Source: Vicugna vicugna (taxonomy: Eukaryota). From it: a stretch of DNA of 64,000 nucleotides. The notes under the pieces are model-generated. The model had not been told where the DNA came from, did no database searches, and was given only the letters and a program-made list of their open reading frames with translations. The DNA lies in assembly GCA_013265495.1 (NCBI GenBank), contig MU058824.1:868001-932000 (forward strand). Reading direction: 5' to 3'. Shown one piece after another: positions 11,655 to 23,859 of the stretch. Numbering within the stretch: the stretch's first letter is position 1; the number at the start of each line of letters is the position of its first letter. A program made the position numbers and the translations under genes.

Positions 11655-12605
11655 TTAAACTAATAAATGAAGTCACAAAAGTTGCTGGATACAAAATCAA
11701 CATACAAATATCAGTTTTATTTCTATATACTGACAACAAAGTATCCAAAAAAGAAAAAAATAATAAGGGGAAAAAATCCTATTTACTATAGCAGGAAATA
11801 GAATAAAATACTTAGGAATAAGCTTAACCAAGGAAGTAAAAGGCTTGTACACTGAAAACTATAAAGCATTGATGAAAGAAAAGAAAAGTACTGGTAAGAA
11901 TATGAAGAAAATGGAACCTTTGTACGCTGTTGGTGGGAATGTAAAATGGTGCAGCTGCTGTGGGAAATGATATGGATATTCCTCAAATAAATAAATAAAT
12001 AAAACTACCATATGATCCAGCAACCCCTCATCTGGGTATATAGTCAATGAAAAAAAAAGTATATATATATATATTCAATGAAATCAGGATATTGAAAAGA
12101 TATTAGCGTGTCCATGTTTATTGGAGCAATATCACAATAACCACGATATGGAAACAACCTAAATGTCCATCATAAATGGATAAAGAAAATGTGGCATATA
12201 CATATAATCAGATATTTTTCAGCCTTAAAAAAAAGAAGAAAGTCCTGCCATTTGCCACAACATGGATGGACCTGAAGGACATTGTGCTAAATGAAATTAA
12301 CCAGTCACAGGAAAAAAAACCAACAAAAAAACCCCTAAACGATTCCACTTGCATAAGATATCTAAAATAGTCAAATTCATAGAAACAGAGAGTAGAATAG
12401 TGGTTGCTGGGGGCTGAGGGGAGGGTTAAATGGAGAGCTGCTATTCAGTGGGTATAAAGTTTCAATTATAAAAGGCAAATAAGTTCTAGAGCTCTGCTGT
12501 ACAACATTGTGCCTCTATTCAACAATAGTGTATTATGCACTTAAAAATTTGAGGCTATATCTCATGTCAAGTGTTCTAACAATGATAATAATAATAATAA
12601 TAAAA
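11655..12605 (+). mobile_element. L1 (L1MA-like): ORF2 piece joined by a large internal deletion (~11881) to the 3' end
   Basis: CTAATAAATGAA..GGATACAAAATCAACATAC (ORF2), then 3' end text (ORF 12176: PFATTWMDLKDIVLNEINQ); ends in an (AAT)n tail. Confidence 0.9.
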
Positions 12606-13049
12606 CATATACATGAAATCCCCTTCTTCTCTCTGGACCTTGGTTTTCCCACCAGGCTGGACTTGGTAATTCCTAAATCTAAATGTTAAACTTAAAAAAT
12701 GTCCTTTCTAAGTTGCCTTGGTGTTTTGAAAGAGCAATGGCTCAAAAGCAATATAATTACCAATTCTTAAGTAAGGCTTATAAAGATCTGAATATGAATT
12801 AAAAAGAGCACAATGTCTCCCTTTGTTTTTAACATTATTTCCCCCAAATTAGAATAACACTACTAGAAGCAGAAAGAAACCACCATACTCTTGTTGCCTG
12901 TAACCAACCTCTCAACATTTTGACGTATTTCCATTCAAGACTATTTTTATGTTATCTTTGTTTGGTTGGTTTTTGGTGAGCTTTTTTTTTTCCTAGTTAA
13001 GTTCATATTGTGTATATACAATTTGGGGTCCTACTTTTAGTTAATTTTT

Positions 13050-14530
13050 TCTCTTAATCCAACCTACAAATATTTATTAGTAGCCTGTTATGCAAGAGGC
13101 ACTATGCTAGGCATCAAGGAAATAAAGATGAACAAGATGCAGTACAAACTCTAAACAATCTCATACCCTGGATGGGAAAATATATAATAATATAAGTATT
13201 ATTATATAATATAATGATAATAAATAATAATAGAAAATAGATGGGAAAACAAAATTGAGTATAGCAAGCTCTTTGGGAGAAAAAGAAGCACATCATTCTG
13301 TGAGAACAGAAAGGCTTCTCAGTGGTTACAAAGTCTTAAGTCAAAACAAGGCAGCAAAGCAGTACATCTCATAGCTACCCTTAAAGCCAAATATGAGTAA
13401 GAAAATTATGACCAATGGGATGTTGTTGGGTGCAATATGTTACCTCTTCTGGATCCTTCTCTTGTCTCTTTAGCCCTTCACCTTTGCCTGGAAAGGAGAG
13501 TGATGGTAAGAGCAAAAGCAGCCACCTTAGACCACCTTAGATGGAAGCTGCATAGTGAGGACAGTACAGCAATAGGATAGAAGGAATCGGGGCTCCTATA
13601 TCAGTGCTGAATTGCTTATGCTTGGATTGCTATATAAGAGAGAGAAAAAATTATCTATCTTGTTTAAAAGCCACTATGATACTGTGTCTGTGTTTTAGCA
13701 GCTGGACCCTCAGTATTAACTAATACAGATGGCAGAAGATGGAGTCTAGAGAAGTAGGCAAGAAGTGGGAGTCAGAGACAGAGAAACCTGTAAGATATTC
13801 TCAGATGTTTGAACCTTATCCTGAAGGCATTAGTGAGCCATTGAAAAGTTGTAGACAGCAGAGTGACGTGATCTAGTTTGCATATTGAGAAAATCACTCT
13901 GGCTGCTGAGTAAACAGATCGAAGCAGGCAAGAATGGAGGCAAAGAGATCTATTAGAAGGCTGTGGCCCTCATCCAAGTAAGCAAAATGAGTAGAATAAC
14001 ATAGGTATTTGGAGGTTGCTAAAGGTGCTGAGGAAGAAACATGTGTAAGATCACTGGATATGGCAGTGGGAAAGAGGAAGTCAAACATCCACGGCTCTTG
14101 CTTGGATTTACTAATAGGAGGCACAACAGGAAGATCATGATTTGGAAGTGGGTTGCCCTTGGGAATAAGGAGTTCAGCTTCTGACATGTTGAGTTTAAAT
14201 GCCTGTGGGACCATCAGATGGAGGCATCCAGTAGGAGGTTGGCTTTATAGATGTAGAATTCTTTCAAAATATCTAGGCTTAGTTTGGGAACACCAGGACA
14301 GAAAAGGTAGCCAAAATCGTGGAAGCAAATGAAATCATCAGGGAGTCAGCCAGGCAGAAAACAAGGGGCATCTGGGCAGAGCCAATATCTAAGGAGAGGG
14401 CAAAGGAAGAAGAACCTGGACAAGAATGCACACAGCGAACCCACAGATAGTCAGAGAAGTGTGTGTCACCAAGACCAAGGGAAAGTGGTGGCGTAGGTGA
14501 CAGAGGCCAGACATGGTAAGTGTTGCAAAG
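13050..14530 (-). mobile_element. L2 LINE, interrupted by an MLT1 LTR
   Basis: ACAAATATTTATT..GGCACTATGCTAGGC (L2 3' end, antisense) and GAGTTCAGCTTCTGACATGTTGAGTTT..GGACCATCAGATGGAG L2 text. Confidence 0.8.
13400..13727 (+). mobile_element. MLT1 (MaLR) solo LTR, MLT1J/K-like
   Basis: GCAGCCACCTTAG..ATAGAAGGAA..TTGTTTAAAAGCCACT..TAACTAATACA terminus. Confidence 0.7.
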
Positions 14531-15404
14531 AGGCCAATTAAGCTAAGAACGCTAAACATGGTGTTCTGTGAGCTCAGCGTTCACTCAGTGCATGTCGGAG
14601 TGAATTGCTAATTGGTAAACCACTAAATTGATGCTGTTATTCTTAACTTAATTATTTGCTCTGTTTTGGTTTTCATTAGAAACAGCACATCTAAATTGTG
14701 TTTCCTGAGACAAAGTGGTAAACCCTGCTTATGTTGACTGTTGTTTCTTGGGTTAAATAATGGACTTAAAACTTCATAAAAAATTGTTCGTTTGAATGAC
14801 TATAAAGGTACTCTCTATTCACTAAAGTAAAATGGTAAATATAGACAAGAAGAAAAGAAGAAAATAAAGACCATGCCAGGCAAGGCAAACAGAGGCTGGT
14901 GGCTATTTCTTTTGGTCACGGTCCACAAAAGCCACCCCCAGGGAACAGGACTTGGGAAAAGGTGATTCAGGTGTAGATGTCAACGTGGCAGCTTATGACA
15001 GCTGTTCTTTCTCTTCTGTGGGTCAGGGGTGCTTCTGATAATCTCCCCAGAAAAACACGTGGCATATTTATACATACAATCTTGAATTCAGTTTCTTTGG
15101 GAGGCTGAGATGTCTGAAGACTTTCAGGCTCTGCAGGAATTGTTTGCACTCTGAGCCATGCCCCTAGCTCATAAATGTCCCTGCCAGGACTTACCCTCAG
15201 GATCCTCTAGTTGCCTGAGATGGACCTTCTCCTTCATTCATAGAACAGGCATGGAGACTGTGGACTCACTCAGGACCTCAATGTTCACCCACCATCAACT
15301 ACCACTGACCACACAGATGGGATTCCTTTTCAGGCCAAAGCAACAGCTCAGAGGGGTTGGCTTGACAGTTACCTGTGACTTTCAGCAGCTTCTTAGGGGG
15401 AAAA

Positions 15405-16145
15405 AGCACTGGGCTTAGAGGAGAAAGATCTAGGTTTAAGTTTCATCTCTTCTATTCACTGTTTAACCTCCAGTAAGTCACTCCACAATTCTGAGCCTCC
15501 AAAGAGTTAACAGATGTGGAAGTGCTTCATAAAGTGAGAAACATGACACAAATCTGAGGGGTAATAAATAACCATTAAAGCAACCAATACTCATTGAGAA
15601 TTTACTATTTGCTACCATTACATTAAGTACTTTGTCTTCATCTCATTGCGTCCCCACAACAACTCTATGAGGTCATCACTCATTGTTTTACCTTATTAAA
15701 AAAAAATGAGGCTCAGAGTGATTTAGTAACTTGCCCAAGGCTACACAGCTGCTAAGCAGTTGAGTGGGATTCAAAAAGAAAGAACTGTGCTAGAGCAGTA
15801 GGGTTTTTGTGGGACATAAGGATAAGGGGTGCAGAGAGGAAGCTTATCCTTGTCGAGTGCCTGTGAGCCTGCTGGGTTCTTTCTGCAGTTGCCCCGGAAG
15901 AATCCTGAAAAGCAGGTTGCATATGTTAACACCACGAGGACATGAAACAACAAGAGTACCTGACACATACATACCTTTAGTAATATTAGCTACTGGGATG
16001 ATCTTATTACTGTAATACTCATTATATGATGAGAAAACCAAGACTCGGAGAAGTTGAGTGATCGACCAGGGATATATAGTCAGTAAGTAGCAGAGCTGGG
16101 CCTGGTATTCCAGTATTTGGGGACTCAAAGTTCATACATTTTCCA
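15405..16145. mobile_element. Three MIR fragments (15405-15560 +, 15590-15790 -, 15960-16145 -)
   Basis: MIR core text, e.g. GAGGCTCAGAGTGATTTAGTAACTTGCCCAAGGCTACACAGCT. Confidence 0.75.
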
Positions 16146-16699
16146 CATACTGCCTTCTGCACAAGGTATGCTGGCATGCTTTTTCCCTAGATCCTCCACC
16201 CTTTCATAATGCCCCATGGCCTTGAAGTTCCAAGATTTGTGGCCCACCAGACCTCTGGCATTTAGTGCTGCCTGTTACCCCTTTGTATTCACTGCAGTGG
16301 GTTGCTAGAGTTGAGAATTGGTACCATCCCAATTAGACATTTATTGGCCAGATTCCTTATCTGTCAGTGTGCCAGCTGATAGGTTGACAGGCACAAGCCT
16401 CCAGCCCTGGGGACTGTCTGGTTTGAGCAGCAAGCCGTCCTGTTAGTGGCTGGCTGGCCCCACAGCCAAACTGGAAGGTTGAAGAAGGGGGAGTTGGGGG
16501 GATTGCCAGATGACGGATAGGAGACAGAAAGTCTGCACAGGGCCATGAGAGGCTTTCCTCTCCAGCTCTGGTTTTATTTATGCATCATTTAGACCCCAAC
16601 AATTTCCCAAAATAATTTGACATGGCTAATGGCTTAGTTCTATCTGGTGTTTTAGTTTACGTAGCCCAGCTATTTAGTGATTTGATTTGAATCATGGAA

Positions 16700-16850
16700 A
16701 CATCTCCTGGAGGTGGGTGATATAATTTCCATTTTACAGATGAAGAACATTGAGGTTGATACAGGGAAAACAATCTATCCAAGGTCACATAAATGCACAC
16801 CAGTCAGGGATGAGACTCAAATCCTGGGCTTCAGACTCTTAAGTTGCTAT
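16700..16850 (-). mobile_element. MIR fragment
   Basis: CCATTTTACAGATGAAGAAC..CCAAGGTCACA..GACTCAAATCCTGGG. Confidence 0.75.
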
Positions 16851-18309
16851 GTTTTCACCGTAAGTGCTGCTTCCTAATGAATTATACTTTGGAGGTAGGG
16901 GAGGAGGGAGTGGTATTTAAAAGGAGTTGTGAAGGAACTGTGCCAAGCCTGGGGCCAGCATGGAGTGGGGTAACTGGGCTAAGAAATATCCGTCCTGCGC
17001 CTGGGATTCTGTACTGGATTGCCCGTGTGCGGCTCCTTGGGCTTTTGAAGGCCTTTCCTTAGGCAAATATGTATCCTCTATGCAGATAGCTTGTTATCTG
17101 CCCTGGGAAATCTGGTCGGTTCAGGAGACAGCTTCCCCAAGGCTTATTGGATCAGGGAGCCATTTAAGAATAATCCCCAGGGGCTTCTCTTAACTTGTGT
17201 CCTTTATCTAGCTGAGCATGAAGTCCACCTCACTGTGAATGCAGAGCTGCCCTCTGCTCCTTCCTGGCCTTGTTTGTGACCACACCATTTTTCCTAAGAC
17301 AGGGTCGAGAAGGGAGCCTTATGAGTCACTGGTTCTAATCCTCCATCTTTGACAGATAGGGAAACTAATGCTGAGAGAGGGGTAGCACATATTCCTACAC
17401 CACTCCTCTTCTAAGATAATGTGTTCGTGAGTGATGTTGCCAAGGCCCCTGGGCCATGTTCCCAAGCCCTGAGCTGTGGCCTTGCCATTTCTCGCACCCA
17501 ATCCAGACCTTTAGTGATCTGCCCACATCCCCATCTCCAGGAAAACTCTTGTCTAGCCTTGACTCAGGCAAGTGTGACAATAAGGCTGGCAGCTCTCCTT
17601 GAAGACCCAGGCTGCTGCAGTCTCATTGGAGGTAAGGGTTCATCTAAGCTGTTGCCAAAATCCCAGCCTGAAACAGCCAAATGTCTTTGACCTATCCTGT
17701 TACTGGAGCCAGGGAATGAGATCAGCTTTGGTGAATACAGAATACAGGGATGGGAAATCCCTTCCTCCAATCCCTTCAGATTCCTTAGTATTTGAGCAAG
17801 GCACATGGGTTTTACTGTAAACACTAGTCTGAGATTTCTTGCAGCAGTATATCACCGTCCCTTCGAAAGAGTCTGTGTGGTCTACCCATATCGCTCCCTT
17901 TACTTTCAGGTGCATCAAGATAAGCCCCAGCTGAAATCAGAAGCAATCATTATCTAATTTTAAGTATATGGGACTCCAGGGGAGAATTAGGAATTACTGC
18001 ATGAAGATGCGGCAAGCTTATTTACACCAGTACCTGAAAACAAGAAGAAAATTGACTGAAAATGAGATATGGGACTGTGTCTTACAAAACATGCTATAAA
18101 ATAGAATGCCACTGATTGCATCCTCTTAATATATGAAATTGTTCCCAAGTAGTAACGAAGTGTTGGAAAAGGGGAAATAATTATATTGTTGGGGAATTCT
18201 TTTTTTTTTTCATGGAAAAATGCCCCCTTCTTTACTGCATAACTAGTGATTTGGTTTGTCTAATCAGAAAAAAACAAAACAAAACAACTTGAGTTATTTA
18301 AAATTATTT

Positions 18310-18760
18310 GAAGTCTACAAACATTTATTGACTGTTGAATTATGTACCCAACGCTGTGGAGTTCTGGGGATTCAGAAGCAAATAAGAACACTGAGTATCT
18401 ACCCTCTGGAAGCTCATTTTAACGGGGTAATGAGCTCATTTTAGTGGGGTAATAATGGGGTGAGTGGTACATTGATACATACAGTCTAGCATTGCAGGGA
18501 CGGTGATAGAAATAGCATAATTTCTATCAGGAGTTGGGGGAGATTTTCCCAAGATGCTGATGACTGAGCTGGGTTTTAAAGGCCGAATGAAGGGTTTTCA
18601 GAGTTGATGGAGGGAGGCGGCAGGGCAAAGGCATTATCAGCTAAGAGTTTGTGCAAAGGCATAGGAGCAAGAGACAACCTGGTTTATTTAAGACTGGGAA
18701 TGTGAAATGGGAGGAAAGGGCAGTAACTGGAAACAAAACTAGGGGGCAGGGTGCAGGTGA
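18310..18760 (-). mobile_element. L2 3' fragment
   Basis: ACAAACATTTATTGA..GACTGAGCTGGGTTTTAAAGG..TGTGCAAAGGCATAGGAG. Confidence 0.7.
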
Positions 18761-18904
18761 TGACATGATGTGCATGTCCAGTCAAATATTTCAACCACAA
18801 TACTAGAGAAACCAGAGGAATTTTACCTTTTCAATGGTATGCTGTTGATCTGTTATTATTTATTAACATTATTATAGATATTAGGATCTCAAAATGACAA
18901 GGCA

Positions 18905-19160
18905 AGATTTTTTTTAATTTATTTAAAAATGTACAGACAATAAAAGTCATACTTTTATGGTGTATAATTCCATGGGTTTTGAAATGCATAGAGTCTGTAT
19001 CCACCACCACAGTCTTGACACAGAAGGGTTTCATCTTCCAAAAATATTCACTCATGCTGCCCCTTTGTAGTCAATCCCTACTCCTACCACTAACCCTTAT
19101 CCTCTATCTCTATAGTTTTACCTTTTCCAGAATGTCATAAAAATGGAATCATACAGTAGG
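18905..19160 (-). mobile_element. Old L1 3' end (L1MC/MD-like)
   Basis: CCCTTTGTAGTCAATCCC..TATAGTTTTACCTTTTCCAGAATGTCATAAAAATGGAATCATACAGTA. Confidence 0.8.
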
Positions 19161-20149
19161 TAGATATGTAGATAGGCAAGTTGTTAACATAGGAAAGAAA
19201 TGATGCAATTCATACCTTTACAAGTTCAGAGATTGGAATGCTTTCATAAAATGGGAGGGAAAAGAAAATTAGTGTGATAGGTGAGAAGCTAGTGAATATT
19301 GAAAACATGGCTATCCAGTCTTCTTCTGAGTCACTGATAAATTGATTTAGGAAGAAAAGCACCCCCCCAAATTTTTTTTTAAATACCCCTCCCTGCCAAG
19401 AAAAGGAAAGAAAAGGCCCAAATCTGGACTCTTTTGTAGACCTTTAGATATCTCCATACAGGTTGCCATCATCATACCTTATAGACATATTTGTTAAATC
19501 TGTAGCTCTGGCCCCTAAACCCTTCAGTCCACTCTTCTCTATGCGGTTCCATGCGTATGTTGCAGATACTTGGGCAAATGACTTGCTGCAGTTCACTGGC
19601 ACCCAGTAAGGAAATTCCTTGATCTGTTCTTTTACCAAAAAGGAGAATAAGGATGACTTGGTTGGACTTGCTGGGGCATCTGTACCAACTCCTTGCAATC
19701 ACAGCTTTCTGGGCTATGACCCTAGAGGTTCCACCTTGTAGCTCTAGGTATCACAATACAGTCAACAAGTAGCCAAAGATTGGTGGCTGATGTAGAATGA
19801 ATCTGGGGTATGTGAAGGAGGCCAATAAAACATACGACTGAGGAATTTTTACATGATGTCAGCCTTCAAAGTTGCATAGGGTGATGGCAAGGGTGGGGAA
19901 GATAAATTTTATCCAAGGGCTGAAGCCTTCAGGAAGGAAAGAGAATAAATGATTCAGTGAAGACTTCTTAGATATTTCTCTTATATTCATTTTTTTATGT
20001 TGTGGAAGAGTATTAATAAATTAAAATTTATGAGAAAAATCAATTCTGGATGATTTTTGCAGTTTTAAAAATTACTAGATTTTTGTGGTTTATAGAAAAG
20101 ATATTAGAAGGAATCTGTTCTCATGGTAAACCTTCACATCAGAAAGATG

Positions 20150-20525
20150 AAAGTGACAGATAAAAGCTTCTCGTTCTTCTTCTCTTATTATTAGCATTTC
20201 CCAACAAATATTCTTCTAGAAATTTTCTGTACATACACACATAGATACATTTTGTGTTAGATCAAGTGGGATCATACTATATAGTACTATGACTGATTTT
20301 TTACTATGTAGTATCTTAATGTATGTTGGACACCATTTTATATTAGAACATACAGTTTAACCTTCTGTTTTTAAACAGCTGCACGATGTTCCTCAGTATG
20401 GATGCACCATAACTTATTCTAACCAGTCACCTGTGGGAAGAGATTTAAATTATTTCCATTTCTTTCTATTACAAATCATGCTGCAGTGAGCATCCTTATA
20501 CATATATGTCCACATACTTTTTCCA
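20150..20525 (-). mobile_element. Ancient L1 (L1ME-like) 3' remnant
   Basis: GGGATCATACTATA..GGATGCACCATAACTTATT..GCTGCAGTGAGCATCCTTATACATA. Confidence 0.7.
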
Positions 20526-22559
20526 GATGCTGCAAAATATCAGCATGATGCTGCAAAATATCAACATGAAGAAAAAGTTTTTCAAATTCAACTTCCATCC
20601 ATGTTCAAATGCTCTTATCTTTTGTTTCTAGAATGCTTCTCTCTTAGGGTCCAGCCACTATTTGAAATTAATCTTCTAATAGGCCCAACCTCTTTTTAGC
20701 CTTTCCTCTTTGTAGAAAGACCTCATGAGGCCACATAAGTTTCCCTTGAAGACTTCATGTTTTCCTTCGTCACTAGTCTGGATCTTTTTAAAATATAAAT
20801 ATTCACAATTGTTTCATATATTTTTAAATTTATAGAATCTAAAACAGGGGACTGTTTATCTGAGGATCTGTCAAGCCCTTGTCTCTGAATAATGGGTCCT
20901 GAGTGGTCTTTGAACCTGGTTGGGCAGTGGGATTTAGATATAAGAAAGAATAAAAGAGAAATAATTTTCACATTTCTAGCAAGAGTGTTATGGAGCTTCA
21001 AGTTCTCATCAGCTGGGGGAGGAGGAGAGTGAGGCTGGGAAGTCTGCCACAATATTTGGCATGGCTGGGCTTCCAGATTGTATCTATTTTTGTAGCTGCA
21101 CAAGTTGGGAGGAGATTAGAAGGATAGTCAAATTTCCTGCTCCAGGTTGTAAATTGATCAAGAGGTGGAAGGAGCACTAGATTGGGAGTCAAAGGACCTG
21201 ATTCATGGTCCCAGATTTCCCAGATATTAGTCCCAGGACCTGGGAAGAGTCCCAGGACCTGGGAAGTTTCCCTTCCCTTCTCCAAACCAACTTTCCCTCA
21301 GCTCTGGACAAAGGAGTTTGGATTAATTACCTCGAATGCCCCTCCATCTTTAAAATTTTATTGTTCTGATGTTCTAGGAATGTTTACTCCATTTAAAAAA
21401 ACTTCATAAAACTGTGAGAATGCTTACCCATTTATTGAAAAAGTTAATTAAGGATATCTTTGTTACATCTTTGTTAATAAGTAAGTGCACAGGTGAATTG
21501 AGAGTCAAATCTTCATCCTTGTGTCCTCTGTTTCAAATCTTTGCTTCCAGTGGTAAAGATTGGGATGAGATGATGTGCAAACTTATGGAAGAAGGTCCTG
21601 GAGCCATGTAGGAGCTTCCAGATGAAATTGTCCAGATGCCTCAGAAGCAGAGAAGTCTTCTTAGGTCCCAAAGAGAAGCCCTGAGGTGGGTGGGTCTATG
21701 CAGGCAGGTGGGTGGGCTGCACAGGTGAATGGTCAGTCTGCCTCTTTGATGGTCCCTCTCAGAGCAGATGATTGGAGAGGGCCAATGCAAGCACATGCAT
21801 ACCTCATGTTCCTGGCGGGTGTCCTCATTCACACATGTCTGAGAGTACCTCTAGGCCTGGCCCTTTTTAAGCATATCCACTCGGGTCTATCCAGAGGCCG
21901 CAGCCGCAGTTCCCCTTCGTGGAGGGCCCTGCATACCTAGGATGCTTCAAGGATCTTTTCTCCTCAAAGCATTCCCTGTGTACTCAATAATCATACTTTC
22001 TTCAGAGAGTGTTATAAGATGATCTTGTACCTCTCCAGGATTCTCTGACTTCTTGGGAAATTGCCAGGCCTGGCCTGCATAGCAAATTTCTTTTTTTTCC
22101 TTTTTTTTGTCTATAAGACAACTCGTACACCATTACTTTTACCAGCAGTTTAAAAAAATTCACTAAGCAAGAAAAAGAAAATAATTTCTATTGAAATAAC
22201 GAAATTTTTCCTAAGGAAAAAATGTTATGTAAAAATAGCACCAAATTCTAATCAATAAAAATACCAATAACAGTAATAATATCTTATAATTAAAGGCGAT
22301 TTATTGAGTACCTCTATAACATAACTCCATAGGATTAAGGACTTTGCCTGTCTTGGTATATGCTGTATCTCCAGCTTTCTACCAGTATCTGATGTATGTT
22401 AGTTGCCCAAGCCATGACTGGACTTACTATGATCCAGTTGATGTTATTATTGTCTTCATTTTACAGATAAGGTAACTGAGGCTTCAGGTTTAAAGAGATG
22501 CTCTTGCCTAAAATTACAGAGCTAATAAATGACAGAGCTGCGTACTCCAAAATGGCTGA

Positions 22560-22985
22560 CATTGTACTGAGTGAAATAAGTCAGACAGAGAAAGATAAAT
22601 ACTGTATGAGCTCACTTCCATGTGGAATCTTAAAAAAAAAGAGCCAAACTTACAGAAACAGAGTACAGTGATAGTTGCCAGGAGCTGGGAGGTAGAGGGA
22701 AATGGGGAGATGTCAGTCAAAGAGTACAAACTTCATCAGTTGTAAGATGAATTAATATTCATCAGGGTGGATATAGTTAACAATACTGTATTATATATTT
22801 AAAAGTTGCTAAGAGAGTAGATCACACAGAAATTGTATTATGTGAGGTAAAGGATGTGTTAACTAAACTTAATGTGGAAATCATTTCACAATATACATGT
22901 GTGTTAAATCATCACATTCAACACCTTAAACTTGCACAGTATTATATGTCAATTACATCTCAATAAAGCTAGAAAAAATTAATAG
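22560..22985 (+). mobile_element. 5'-truncated L1 3' end (L1MA-like), adjacent to a MIR (22400-22555, -)
   Basis: GAGTGAAATAAGTCAGACAGAGAAAGATAAATACTG..CAATTACATCTCAATAAAGCTAGAAAAAA. Confidence 0.9.
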
Positions 22986-23859
22986 AACAGATCAAGAACT
23001 ATAAAAATAATTTAAAAAATTTTCCCTAATTACAACAGAAGAATAAAAGTTAAATTAACAAGGAAAAAGAAAAAAAAAGGCCTCTATGGCTACTACCTGT
23101 CATTCTGTGTTTTTAGGTCATTTCAAACTACTGAAGGTGAAAGATCATATCTTGCTTTCCTATATCTATGGTGAATGATGGCTTATTGATTTCACTAAGT
23201 AATCATCTTTCATAAGTTTCCACTCTTGTAAAAATTCCACTGGGTAAAACGAGCTTTTTCTTTAGAAATCAACAACATCCCACGTATGACCACTGTGGGG
23301 TATGTGAAATTGGAAAATAAGGAAGTAAAATTTACTGCTTTCTTCAGAATTATTATTGTTACAGTTTGTAAGAGAAAATGCTGACTGCCTAGGAGAGTTT
23401 TAGAATTACTAACTTTCTTGTGAAAATTCTATGAATGTTAGGTGTTAGAAATATCGCTGAAAGCTGATGTATGTTTTAGAGAGGGACTTATTAGAAATCT
23501 CATTCTCCGCCTCACTCCTAAAATGCTAATTTGATGTGCGCACTTACCCAGAAGATGACTATTTGTTCGTCGCCTGATTGATATTTGGCATCACCCCCAC
23601 GCTGCTGCTCCTCACTGGAAACGCAGGAACAATAATCAAATGTTAAGTTTCTCAAGAACCTTTCTTCCAAAGAAAATCAAACCACTTGCCCTTTGTTATC
23701 TCAATTATCTCCAGAGCACCTTGAAAAGACCCTGTTTTTCCTTTATTATGAGAGAGATACATGTGACGGGAAGAGAACCAGACTGAGATTAGAAGACTTG
23801 ATAAGAATCCTGCTCTGTTACTGTGAGGATTTGTAAAAATCACTCTACTGCTCCTTTCC

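Noticed and set aside
19444..19702. Overlapping minus-strand ORFs resembling a processed pseudogene
   Set aside because: No recognisable protein, poly-A or TSD; possibly an old LTR fragment, but I could not assign it
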